Source: Rhodothermales bacterium
GTDB taxonomy: Bacteria; Bacteroidota; Rhodothermia; Rhodothermales; Rubricoccaceae
Length of the DNA stretch: 43,759 nucleotides
Direction: 5' to 3'
Assembly (NCBI GenBank): GCA_038243565.1
Contig: JBBSQZ010000001.1
Coordinates: 1-43,759, forward strand
Shown: in pieces, positions 35,145-43,618 of the stretch
How the letters are laid out: the number at the start of each line of letters is the position of its first letter
How positions within the stretch are numbered: the stretch's first letter is position 1
Program-made: the position numbers and the translations under genes
Notes under the pieces: generated by a model
Told to the model about the DNA's origin: nothing
What the model saw: only the letters and a program-made list of their open reading frames with translations
Databases searched by the model: none

Positions 35145-36040
35145 GCGTCCGTCCCAAAAAGCGCCTCGGGCAGCACTTCCTGGCCGACCCGGCCATCGTG
35201 CAGGCCATCGCGGAATCCGTCCACGTCCCGCCGGGTGGGCGCCTCGTCGAGATCGGGCCTGGCGAGGGCGTCCTGACGGCCGAGCTGCTGCGCCGCTTCC
35301 CGGACCTCGTCGCCATTGAGGTCGACCCCGAGGCCGTCGCGCACCTCCGCGCCCGTTTTCCTGGATTGGACCTCCGCGAGGCGGACGTGCTGGATGTGGA
35401 CTGGGGGGCGGTGAAGGAGGACGGGTCGGAAAAGGAAGGAGGAAAAAGGGGAGCGGGAAACGCATGCCTGTCTTCCCCTTCCCCACTTCAACCCTCCCAC
35501 CCCTCAACCCCGCTCACCGTCGTCGGCAACCTGCCGTACTACATCACGTCGCCGATCCTGTTTGCGCTGCTCGATGCCCGCGCGCACGTCGGGCAGGCCG
35601 TGGTGATGGTGCAGAAGGAGGTCGCGGATCGCTTGGTGGCGCCGCACGGCTCGAAGACGTACGGGACGCTCTCGGTCTACTTCCAGCTGTTCGCCCGCGC
35701 GCGGAAGCTCTTCGACGTGCCGCGGCACGCGTTCCGCCCGCCGCCGAACGTCGAGAGCGCCGTGATCGACGTCGACTTCTCGGTGGAGGCGCCGGACGTG
35801 CCGTTCGAGGCGCTCCAGCGGGTCGTGAAGGCGGCCTTCGGGCAGCGCCGCAAGATGTTCCGCAACAGCGTCGCGCCGCTCTTCGCCTCGGCAGGCCGCA
35901 CGATGCCCGAGCGCTTCGAGACGCTCCGCCCCGAGGCCGTCCCGCCCGAGGAATTCGTCGCCCTCGCGCAGGCGCTCGAGGGGGCCGACGGGCAAATGCA
36001 GGAGACAGAAGGCAGAGGACAGAGGACGGACGACAAATAG
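35141..36040 (+). CDS. rsmA: 16S rRNA (adenine1518/1519-N6)-dimethyltransferase RsmA/KsgA, carrying an internal ~33-codon insertion
   Basis: KKRLGQHFL, VEIGPGEGVLT, VVGNLPYYITSPI. The GTG start overlaps the Uma2 stop (GTGA). The insertion at 35414..35512 has hairpin-element composition. Confidence 0.9.
   Translation: MSVRPKKRLGQHFLADPAIVQAIAESVHVPPGGRLVEIGPGEGVLTAELLRRFPDLVAIEVDPEAVAHLRARFPGLDLREADVLDVDWGAVKEDGSEKEGGKRGAGNACLSSPSPLQPSHPSTPLTVVGNLPYYITSPILFALLDARAHVGQAVVMVQKEVADRLVAPHGSKTYGTLSVYFQLFARARKLFDVPRHAFRPPPNVESAVIDVDFSVEAPDVPFEALQRVVKAAFGQRRKMFRNSVAPLFASAGRTMPERFETLRPEAVPPEEFVALAQALEGADGQMQETEGRGQRTDDK
35405..35515. repeat. Hairpin-element-like sequence embedded in frame in rsmA
   Basis: A purine-rich half (ggtgaaggaggacgggtcggaaaaggaaggaggaaaaaggggagcgggaaacgcatgc) is followed by a pyrimidine-rich half (ctgtcttccccttccccacttcaaccctcccacccctcaaccccgctcacc). 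cttcaaccctcc is shared with the element at 1054-1090. Confidence 0.6.
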
Positions 36041-36070
36041 ATTCCGTCCTCCGTCCTCCGTCCTCCGTCC
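36011..36070. repeat. Heptad-periodic hairpin element (rsmA end to mgtE ATG)
   Basis: The 5' arm ggcagaggacagaggacggacgac lies inside the rsmA C-terminus. The loop aaatagatt contains the stop. The 3' arm (CCGTCCT)x3.9 ends at the ATG at 36071. Confidence 0.8.
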
Positions 36071-37447
36071 ATGCCCGACCTCGCCTCGCTCGACACGATC
36101 CCCGACGACGACCTCCTCGACGCGCTCGTGGACGACGTCGCGGCGCTCGTCGCCGACGGGCGCCGCGGCATGGTGCTGAACCTCGTCGCGGACCTCCGGC
36201 CGGCCGACTTCGCGGACCTGCTCGCGCGCCTGCCCGAGGACGCCGCGCAGCAGGTCGTGCGGTGGATCCCCGGCGAGGGCACGTCCGAGGCCATCGCCGA
36301 GCTCGACTCGTCGGACCGCTCCGACCTTCTCGAGGGCCTCACCACGTCCGAGCTCGTCGTCCTCCTCGACCACCTCGACACCGACGACGCGGCCGACGTG
36401 CTCGCCGACGTCGACGGCGCCCGCGCCGGGGCGGTCCTGACGCAGCTCGAGGACGCCGACGACGTCGAGGCGCTGCTGCGCTACGGCGAGGACACGGCCG
36501 GCGGCCTGATGGGCACCGAGCTCGTCGCGGTGCCGGCCACCGCGACGATCGCCGAGGCGACCGAGGCCGTCCGCGCCCACGCCGACGCCGTCGACCACCT
36601 CTACGCCGTCTACGTCCTCGACGCCGAGGGCCGTCTCGCCGGATCGGTCCCGCTCACCGACCTGCTGCTGTCGCAGGCCGACACGCGCATCGCGGACGTG
36701 ATGGACGACGCCGTGCTGACGGTCGGCGTGAACGTGGACCAGGAGGAGGTCGCGCGCATCATGGAGCGGTACGACCTCGTGGCGCTGCCCGTCGTCTCGG
36801 CCGCCGGCCGCCTGCTCGGCCGCATCACCATCGACGACGTCGTGGACGTCATCCGCGAGGAGGCCGAGGAGGACCTCCAGCGCGCCGTCGGCATCACAGG
36901 CGACGAGGAGCTCTCGACGTCCGTCTTCAGGGTCAGCCGCGGGCGCCTGCCGTGGCTCGCCGTCGGCATGGCCGGCGCGTTCGTGTCGGGCCTCGTCATC
37001 CAGGGCTTCGAGGGCGCGCTCGAGCGCGCGATCGTCCTCGCGACGTTCATCCCGCTCGTCACGGCGACGGGCGGCAACGCGGCCATCCAGAGCGCCGCGA
37101 TCGCCGTCCAGGGCCTCACGTCGGGCGACCTGCGCCTGCGCGACGGCCTGAAGCGGCTCGGCAAGGAGATGCTCGTCGCGCTCGTGAACGGCGTCGTGCT
37201 CGGCATCGCCATCGGCGCTGTCGTGGTCGCGATGGGGCAGGGCGACCCGACGCGCCTCGCGCTCACGGTCGGCCTGACGCTGCTGTCGGTCATCGTCATC
37301 GCGACGACCAACGGCGCGCTCGTGCCGTTCCTGCTGCAACGCGCCGGCATCGACCCGGCGTCGGCGATGGGGCCGTTCGTGACGACGCTGAACGACATCG
37401 TCGGGTTGAGCGTCTACTTTGCGATTGCGACGCTCGTCTATCTGTGA
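36071..37447 (+). CDS. mgtE: Magnesium transporter MgtE
   Basis: MgtE N-domain, a CBS pair (MDDAVLTVGVNVDQEEV...VVSAAGRLLGRITIDDVVDVI), and a TM domain with GGNAAIQS. Confidence 0.95.
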   Translation: MPDLASLDTIPDDDLLDALVDDVAALVADGRRGMVLNLVADLRPADFADLLARLPEDAAQQVVRWIPGEGTSEAIAELDSSDRSDLLEGLTTSELVVLLDHLDTDDAADVLADVDGARAGAVLTQLEDADDVEALLRYGEDTAGGLMGTELVAVPATATIAEATEAVRAHADAVDHLYAVYVLDAEGRLAGSVPLTDLLLSQADTRIADVMDDAVLTVGVNVDQEEVARIMERYDLVALPVVSAAGRLLGRITIDDVVDVIREEAEEDLQRAVGITGDEELSTSVFRVSRGRLPWLAVGMAGAFVSGLVIQGFEGALERAIVLATFIPLVTATGGNAAIQSAAIAVQGLTSGDLRLRDGLKRLGKEMLVALVNGVVLGIAIGAVVVAMGQGDPTRLALTVGLTLLSVIVIATTNGALVPFLLQRAGIDPASAMGPFVTTLNDIVGLSVYFAIATLVYL

Positions 37448-37479
37448 GGACGAGGCGCGTCACCGTCTGGCACGTGCTC

Positions 37480-38457
37480 ATGTCCCGGTCGAGTCTCCTG
37501 TCGTGTCTGATCGTCGCGCTCGTGGCGTCAGGCAGCGGGTGCGACACCGCCACGCCGGAGGCGCCGGCGGGCGCGCTCGTCGTCTCGGTCCTGCAGACGG
37601 GGAAGCCGAACGCAGAGCTGGTCGCCGTCTCGCTCGACGGTCAGGAGCGGCCGTTCCTGCACCTCGGCTACGCGAAAAGCGCGTTCTTTCCGGCCTGCGC
37701 GCCCGGCGGGCGCCGCGTGGCGTTCCAGCGGGAGGACGACGCGGACGGGTTCGCGCCCCCGCGCCTCGCCGTCGTCGACGACGGCCGCGTCCGACCACTC
37801 GCTGGCCCTGCCGACGACCCGATCCGCGGCGTCCTCGGCACGTGGGCGCCGGACGGGCGGCGCATCGTCATCGCCCGGCGGTCTCCTGAGCCGCCGGGCG
37901 CCTTCCCCGACGACCTCGCCGTCGTCGACGTCGAGACCGGAACCGTCGAGGCGCTCACCTCGGGCCCGGCCGCAGACCTGACGCCGCTGTGGAGCCCGGA
38001 CGGCCGCCGGATCGCGTTCGTCTCGGACCGGGGCGGCGAGAGGCAGCGCGAGGTCTTCGTCATCGCTCCCGACGGCAGCGGCCTGCGGCAGGTCACGGCG
38101 CTCGGGCGCGAGGTCTATCTCGCCGGCTGGGGCCCCGGCCCGGCCGACGTGACGATCCGCGTCCTACGCACCGACGGCAGCGTCGTGATCGACACCTGGA
38201 TCGTGGACGTCGAGACCGGGACGCTGCGCGCGCTGCCCGCGCCGGCGCTCCCCGACGGCACGGGCCGATTCAGGTTCGAGACGTGGGTGACCGGCGGCAC
38301 GGCATACGTCTACCAGACCAGCCGAGGGAGCGGCGTAAACGGTGCGGCGGCCGTTCTGAGCCTGTTCGACGTCGAGACAGGACGGTCGACGCGGCTCATC
38401 GAGCGGACAGGCGATCAGTCGTTCTTCGGGACGGCATGGTGCCCCGCGGCGCCGTAG
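37480..38457 (+). CDS. PD40 (TolB-like) beta-propeller lipoprotein
   Basis: Lipobox VASGSGC. Repeated WAPDGRRIV / WSPDGRRIAFVSDRGG...VFVIAPDGSGLRQVT motifs. Confidence 0.7.
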   Translation: MSRSSLLSCLIVALVASGSGCDTATPEAPAGALVVSVLQTGKPNAELVAVSLDGQERPFLHLGYAKSAFFPACAPGGRRVAFQREDDADGFAPPRLAVVDDGRVRPLAGPADDPIRGVLGTWAPDGRRIVIARRSPEPPGAFPDDLAVVDVETGTVEALTSGPAADLTPLWSPDGRRIAFVSDRGGERQREVFVIAPDGSGLRQVTALGREVYLAGWGPGPADVTIRVLRTDGSVVIDTWIVDVETGTLRALPAPALPDGTGRFRFETWVTGGTAYVYQTSRGSGVNGAAAVLSLFDVETGRSTRLIERTGDQSFFGTAWCPAAP

Positions 38458-38517
38458 TGTCGTGTCGCGGCACCGCGCGCGCCGGCCACCCTGCCCGACG
38501 CGCCGCTGCCTACTCGT

Positions 38518-38703
38518 GTGACGCGCACTCATGTGACGCGCACAGTCGTCTCGGCGGACTACGCGCGCTACCAGCAGTCGGTCGAGGTGCAGCGGGCGAG
38601 CGCGGGCAACCCCTTCGTGCAGCCGAGCCGCGTGTTCACGAACGTCGCGGGCGGCCTCGGGGCGTTCGTCGGGTCCGCCGGCGCGTCCGTCGTGGTGCGC
38701 TGA
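38518..38703 (+). pseudogene. C-terminal remnant of a DUF4249-family lipoprotein gene
   Basis: The 61-aa ORF ends DYARYQQSV...GNPFVQPSRVFTNVAGGLGAFVG, matching the conserved C-terminal block (..NPF.eP..vysNi.gGlGiF..) of ~300-aa DUF4249 proteins as I recall it. No N-terminal part is present. Confidence 0.35.
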
Positions 38704-38739
38704 CGCGCCTACCTTGGCGGGCCACGTCCCGCCCGGTCC

Positions 38740-39174
38740 ATGGGTCGCCTCGCGCTTTTGTCGCTCCTCGTGCTCGTCGCCGGCTGCGACGTCCGCGACT
38801 CGCTGATGTCGGTCCTGCTCGTGCGCCCTGTCTATCAGGGCGACGCGACGGCCGCGAGCCCGCCTACGGCGCCGGTTCTGCTGCTCCGAAGCGTGCAGGA
38901 CGAGGCGGCCGCGCGCACCGCGTTCGGCCTCGGCGGCCCGTTCTCCGGCATCGACTACCGCACCGACGTCGGCGTGCTCGCCGCGCGCGAGGTGTCGACG
39001 GCCGAGGGGCAGACGACCATCGACCGCGTCGAGCTGCGCGGGCAGCGGACCGTCGCCGTCCGCGCCTCCATCGTCGGCCGCGGCGGGGCGCCGGCGCGGC
39101 GCCTCAGCGTCTCGGTCGTCGCCGTGGACCGCTTCGCGGACGCCTTCACCGAGACGCAGACGGACTTCCGGTAG
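38740..39174 (+). CDS. Hypothetical lipoprotein
   Basis: MGRLALLSLLVLVAGC has a lipobox. 144 aa, with no recognisable domain. Confidence 0.5.
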   Translation: MGRLALLSLLVLVAGCDVRDSLMSVLLVRPVYQGDATAASPPTAPVLLLRSVQDEAAARTAFGLGGPFSGIDYRTDVGVLAAREVSTAEGQTTIDRVELRGQRTVAVRASIVGRGGAPARRLSVSVVAVDRFADAFTETQTDFR

Positions 39175-39241
39175 CGTGGGCTTTCGCGGCGGATCCTGGC
39201 CTGGCCGGACGAATCCAACGGCAGTTCCGCCCTCCGCGCCG

Positions 39242-39871
39242 ATGCTCCGCCGCGCGCCCTTCACGCTCGCCCTCGCCGCGGCGCTGCTCGCCGTGGCAGC
39301 CCTCGCAAGCGGCCCCGGCTGGGCGCCCCGGCCCGACATCATCGCCCGGTGGGGCTTCGCGCTGCACGACCTCTGGACGCTCCGCGCGTGGTCGCTCGTG
39401 ACCGCCGTCTTCTTCACGCAGCACCCGGCGCGCATCGCTGCGACGGTCGCCTTCACCGCCGCCTCGGTGGGCGTGTACGAGTGGCAGGCCGGCACGCGCC
39501 GCGCGCTCGCACTGTTCTGGACCGCCGACGTCGCGGCGACGCTGCTGCTCGCGCTCGGCGTCGTGTTGCCCCTTCTGCTCGCCGGGACGGCCGTCGGGGC
39601 GCGCCTTGCGGCGGCCGACGACGTGGGGATGTCCGGTGGCGGCTTTGCCTGTCTCGGCGCGTGGACGGCCCGCCTGCCACAACGCTGGCGGTGGGCCGCC
39701 TTCGGCGCCGTCGCCCTGTTCATCGGCGTGAACCTGTTCCAGCCGGGCACGCTCGAGGCGGACCTGCTGCACGCCATCGCGTTCCCGCTCGGCGTCGCGC
39801 TGGACCGCGCCGCGACGCGCCGCGCCGTGGGTCGGAACGACGCGCTTGTCCCGGCTTCAGTCCCGCTCTGA
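39242..39871 (+). CDS. Rhomboid-family-like polytopic membrane protein
   Basis: About 6 TM helices. WSLVTAVFF..H...E.QAG, GMSGGGFACLGA (GxSG-like) and a later LLHAIAFPLG (His in a TM helix) are arranged as in rhomboid proteases. The ATG at 39242 is in frame with the track ORF. Confidence 0.4.
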   Translation: MLRRAPFTLALAAALLAVAALASGPGWAPRPDIIARWGFALHDLWTLRAWSLVTAVFFTQHPARIAATVAFTAASVGVYEWQAGTRRALALFWTADVAATLLLALGVVLPLLLAGTAVGARLAAADDVGMSGGGFACLGAWTARLPQRWRWAAFGAVALFIGVNLFQPGTLEADLLHAIAFPLGVALDRAATRRAVGRNDALVPASVPL

Positions 39872-40037
39872 GACCATCGCCCGGACGACAGGCGTTGAAA
39901 CGGGTGCACAGCCGTGTCAATCCGGCGCGGTGACGCCGCGGCGCGCCCGGGCGCCTGCCGCTTGCGGGACGTGCCGGCGTCGCGCGAGTTTAGAGCGCGT
40001 GGCGCCCGACGATACCGAGACCGACCTCCGAGCTCCC

Positions 40038-42755
40038 ATGCCAGACCGCCCGCCGCTCCCGCCCTCGCCCGCCCCGCGCCCTCCGGACGCTGAGGCGCCG
40101 GCGCACCCGGCTACGCCGCCTGCGTGGACCGGCCTCGACTCGGCCTCGGGCATGCCCCCGGCGCCGGTCCACGAGGCCGTCTACGAGGACCTCGACGCCT
40201 TTGCCGCGGGCGGCGCTGCGTGGCCGCCCGCCGCGGCGCCGCCCGCGCGGCCGGCGCAGGTCGAGCCGCCCGCCTTCGTGCCGATGAGCGAGGCTGCCTA
40301 CCAGGTCGGCGACCCGTTCGCGCCCGGCTCCGGCGACGGCGCACCGACCTACAGCCCGGACGCCGGCTTCCGCATCGACTTCGACGCCCCCGAGCCAGAC
40401 CAGACGGCGGCCCTTGCGGTCGTTGAGCCCGCGCCGATGCCGGCCCCGCCGCCGCCACCCGTCGTGCAGCCGCCAGTGCCGCCCGCGGCGCCGCGCGCCG
40501 AGGCGCGCCGTGCCGCGCGGGACAAGATGCAGTTGCTGCGCCGCCACAAGTGGCTCATCCTCGCCACGACGCTGCTCGGCCTCGGCGCGGCCGCGCTCTA
40601 CAACGCCCTCGCGCCCGTGCAGTACGAGGCGTACAGCGTGCTGCTCGTCCAGCCGCCGCCGGCGACGGGGACGGAGGCCAACGTCAACAGCGGCTTCACG
40701 CAGGCGACGGGCACGGACCAGAGCCGCGTCCTGAACCAGGCGCTGATCCTCCAGCAGGCGCCCGAGATCGCGCAGAAGACGGCCACGACGCTGCTCGGCC
40801 GCACTGACGCGCGCGGCCTCTCGACCGTCCGCGACGCCGCGAAGACGGTCGACGGCCCGCTGACGGCCGACGAGTACGCGCTCTTCCTCCAGAACGAGGT
40901 CGTGACGGTCAAGCCCGCCGCCGAGAACGTCGACGCCATCCGCGTCCAGGCGACGGCCGGCACGCCGGCCGAGGCGGCCCTCATCGCGACGCTCTTCACG
41001 GAGCAGTACCAGACGATGACGCGGGACTCGAACCTCGGGCGCGTGCAGCAGACGCGCGACGCGCTCGAGGAGCAGGTCCTGCGGCGCCAGGGCGAGCTCG
41101 ACTCGGTCGAGACGCGCCTCAAGGACTACATGACGCGCGAGAACGCCGCCGGCCTCGACGCCCAGACGCAGGCGACGGTGAGCAACATCGGCACGCTCCA
41201 GTCGCAGCTGGACCTCGCGCGCGTGCAGGTCCGGACGCAGGAGGCGCAGCTCGCGCAGCTCCAGCAGGACCTCGCCTCGGCCGGCCCGCGCCTCCAGGCC
41301 TCGTCGGCCGCGCCGAGCGTGGTCGAGACGACGGCCCTCGACCAGAGTATCTCGGACCTCGAGCGGCTGATGGAGCAGATCTTCCAGCGCAACCCGCAGT
41401 ACCGCGGCAACCCGCGCGCGCACCCGGACCTCGCGACGATGCAGACGCGCCTCGAGGGCCTCCGCGCCGAGCGCCAGCGCGTCCGCGGCGCCGCGGCGCA
41501 GTCGGCCCTCAACTCGGGCGGGCTGGACCTCAACAGCCAGGGCACCAACGGCGGCCAGTACCTCGCCGACATCCAGCGCCAGATCTCGTCCACGCGGGCG
41601 GGCCTCGAAGGCGCGCGCGCCCAGGTGTCGGCCCTCGCGAGCCGCCTCGGCGAGGCCACGGGCCAGCTCCGCAGCATCCCCGCCGAGCAGATCACCGTCG
41701 CCGCGCTCCAGCGCCAGCGCGACGCCGCGGCGCAGACGCTGCTCGGCCTCCGCGCCCAGCTCGACGCGACCGAGCTCGCCGGCACGACGGACCTCGGCCT
41801 GACGCAGACCATCCGCGGCGTCCAACTCCCGGCCAAGCCCGCCGCGCCGAAGAAGCCGCTCAACCTCGCGCTCGGGACGCTGCTCGGCCTGCTCGTCGGC
41901 CTCGTGCTCGCCGCCGTCCGCTACCGCACCGACGCCCGCGCCCACACGCCGGACGACCTCGCGGACCAGGGCTTCGCCGTCGTCGGGACCGTGCCGGACC
42001 TCTCGGCCGCGCTCAAGGGCGGCCGCCAGGACGTCGACGGGAATGTCGTGCACCCGGCCATCGTCACGCTCACGCAGCCGTTCTCGCCCTCCGCCGAGGC
42101 CTTCCGGCACCTCCACGCCAACCTCACGACGGGCTCGGGCGTGCCGCCGCAGGTCGTGCTCGTCGGCGGGCCGGAGATGGGCTCGGGCAAGTCCATCATC
42201 GCCACGAACCTCGCCGTGGCCGCCGCCCAGGCCGGCCGCCGCGTGCTCCTCGTCGACGCGGACCTCCGCAAGCCGTCCGTCGCGGGCCTGCTCGGGCTCG
42301 GCGACCAGCCCGCGCTCGGCGAGGGGCCTGAGGGCTCGAACCTCGTCTACTGGTCCACGGCCGTGCCGAGCCTCTTCGCGATGACGCCGCGCGAGACGGC
42401 CGAGCGCCCGGACCAGATGTGGGCGCCGCACCAGATCGGCGGCCTGCTCGCCAACCTGCGCTCCGCCTTCGACCTCATTCTCATCGACGCCGCGCCGGCG
42501 CTCGTCTCGGCGGACATGGCGCTGCTCGCGCCGCACTCCGACGCCGCGCTGCTCGTCGCCGAGGCGGGCACGACGGACCTCGACGCGCTCGCGCAGGTCG
42601 CGGCGGAGCTCTCGGGCGTCGGCCTGCGGCGCATCGGCGCCGTGCTGAACCGCTTCAACCCCCGCCGCGCCGTCGGCTACACCCGCACCGCCGCCGTGCG
42701 CCACACCGTCCGCCGCGACGGCGGCGCGCAGGAGCGGCGCCCCCATCTCTCGTGA
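40038..42755 (+). CDS. Polysaccharide co-polymerase / BY-kinase-like protein (Wzc/GumC-like)
   Basis: Wzz-type TM1 (KWLILATTLLGLGAAALY), a long coiled-coil periplasmic region, TM2 (LALGTLLGLLVGLVLAAV), and a P-loop domain (GPEMGSGKSIIATNLA, LLVDADLRKP, LILIDAAP). A Pro/Ala-rich ~165-aa N-terminal extension is present if the start is 40038. Confidence 0.8.
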   Translation: MPDRPPLPPSPAPRPPDAEAPAHPATPPAWTGLDSASGMPPAPVHEAVYEDLDAFAAGGAAWPPAAAPPARPAQVEPPAFVPMSEAAYQVGDPFAPGSGDGAPTYSPDAGFRIDFDAPEPDQTAALAVVEPAPMPAPPPPPVVQPPVPPAAPRAEARRAARDKMQLLRRHKWLILATTLLGLGAAALYNALAPVQYEAYSVLLVQPPPATGTEANVNSGFTQATGTDQSRVLNQALILQQAPEIAQKTATTLLGRTDARGLSTVRDAAKTVDGPLTADEYALFLQNEVVTVKPAAENVDAIRVQATAGTPAEAALIATLFTEQYQTMTRDSNLGRVQQTRDALEEQVLRRQGELDSVETRLKDYMTRENAAGLDAQTQATVSNIGTLQSQLDLARVQVRTQEAQLAQLQQDLASAGPRLQASSAAPSVVETTALDQSISDLERLMEQIFQRNPQYRGNPRAHPDLATMQTRLEGLRAERQRVRGAAAQSALNSGGLDLNSQGTNGGQYLADIQRQISSTRAGLEGARAQVSALASRLGEATGQLRSIPAEQITVAALQRQRDAAAQTLLGLRAQLDATELAGTTDLGLTQTIRGVQLPAKPAAPKKPLNLALGTLLGLLVGLVLAAVRYRTDARAHTPDDLADQGFAVVGTVPDLSAALKGGRQDVDGNVVHPAIVTLTQPFSPSAEAFRHLHANLTTGSGVPPQVVLVGGPEMGSGKSIIATNLAVAAAQAGRRVLLVDADLRKPSVAGLLGLGDQPALGEGPEGSNLVYWSTAVPSLFAMTPRETAERPDQMWAPHQIGGLLANLRSAFDLILIDAAPALVSADMALLAPHSDAALLVAEAGTTDLDALAQVAAELSGVGLRRIGAVLNRFNPRRAVGYTRTAAVRHTVRRDGGAQERRPHLS

Positions 42756-43291
42756 TGACCCGCCTCCTCGCCCTTCCAGCGCTCGCGCTCGCGGCGCTCG
42801 TCCTGCTCCCGCTCGCCGCGCACGCCCAGATCTCGCCGCCGGCCGCGGACGCGCCCGTCGTGACGCGCCTCGGGCAGTCCGAGCAGATGCGCTCCAACTC
42901 GACCGGCTACTACTACAACCACCTCCCCGGCGAGGCCACGATCCAGGTCCAGGTCGAGGGCGCGGTGCTCTACCCCGGCCTCTACGAGGTCGGCGTGGAC
43001 ACGGACCTGCGGCGCGTGCTCGCGCTCGCCGGCGGCCCGCGCCTCGACGTGCGCGACCGGGACTCGGACCGCCGCGTCGACATCCGCCTGCTGCGCCCGT
43101 CCGAGGGCGCGATCTACGTCTCGACGCTCGCCTCGGCGTCCGTCCGCCCGGACCAGATCCCGGCGCTGCGCCACGACGACACGATCCTCGTGGACGTGAT
43201 CTCGAAGCGGCGGTTCGGGTGGCAGGACGCCGCGACGCTCATCGGCGCGCTCGGCACGTTCGGGTTTTTGATCCAGGCCGTCACGCGGTAA
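42755..43291 (+). CDS. Short polysaccharide-export (Wza-like, SLBB) protein
   Basis: The ATG overlaps the Wzc-like stop. Signal peptide, SLBB-like VQVEGAVLYPGLYEVGVDTDLRRVLALAGGP, and a hydrophobic C-terminal helix. Only 178 aa. Confidence 0.55.
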   Translation: MTRLLALPALALAALVLLPLAAHAQISPPAADAPVVTRLGQSEQMRSNSTGYYYNHLPGEATIQVQVEGAVLYPGLYEVGVDTDLRRVLALAGGPRLDVRDRDSDRRVDIRLLRPSEGAIYVSTLASASVRPDQIPALRHDDTILVDVISKRRFGWQDAATLIGALGTFGFLIQAVTR

Positions 43292-43328
43292 CGACCACGC
43301 ATCGCCAGGTCGCGTTCAGGCCACCGCA

Positions 43329-43510
43329 CCCGTAGAGACGCCCCGCCGGGGCGCCCCGGTCGCGGGCACGGCGTCGGAATCGGGCACGATATCGGAATCG
43401 GGCGCGACGTCGCGCGCATTTTCGGCACGTGACGACGTCTCGGCATCGTGGGCGTTCGGCGCACGGTGATGCGTGGCGGAGACGCCCCGGCGGGGCGTCT
43501 CTACGGTGGG
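43329..43510. repeat. REPIN-like doublet of inverted REP-like palindromes
   Basis: The left unit is cccgtagagacgccccgccggggcg and the right unit is ggagacgccccggcggggcgtctctacggtggg, with tails pointing outward. The spacer contains an 18-nt-period direct repeat, tcggaatcgggcRcga x2 (43374-43407). Confidence 0.7.
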
Positions 43511-43618
43511 CACCGAATGCGCGGGCAGACCTGCGCGATTCCGGCCGATGGGTTCAGGCGCCTCCGCGCCGGACGATATTCCGCACGGCGACACGCTAGC
43601 CCCGTCGCCGCCGTCTTG

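Noticed and set aside
36041-36070. Mg2+ (M-box) riboswitch upstream of mgtE
   Set aside because: Only 30 nt separate rsmA and mgtE, and they are occupied by the heptad arm. There is no room for an M-box of about 160 nt.
35464-38457. 997-aa plus-strand ORF and the antisense 35504..37339 ORF
   Set aside because: The upstream two-thirds overlap rsmA and mgtE out of frame and are Arg-rich. Only the segment from the ATG at 37480 (the PD40 lipoprotein) is credible.
39990-42746. 918-aa minus-strand ORF
   Set aside because: It is antisense shadow of the Wzc-like gene, whose plus frame carries Wzz, coiled-coil and P-loop motifs.
42711-42760. Apparent 1-nt frame inconsistency at the Wzc-like/Wza-like junction
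   Set aside because: My manual base indexing near 42720 disagreed by one nucleotide with three independent ORF-track translations (both strands). I attribute this to my own reading error and used the track frames (stop at 42753-42755, ATG at 42755).
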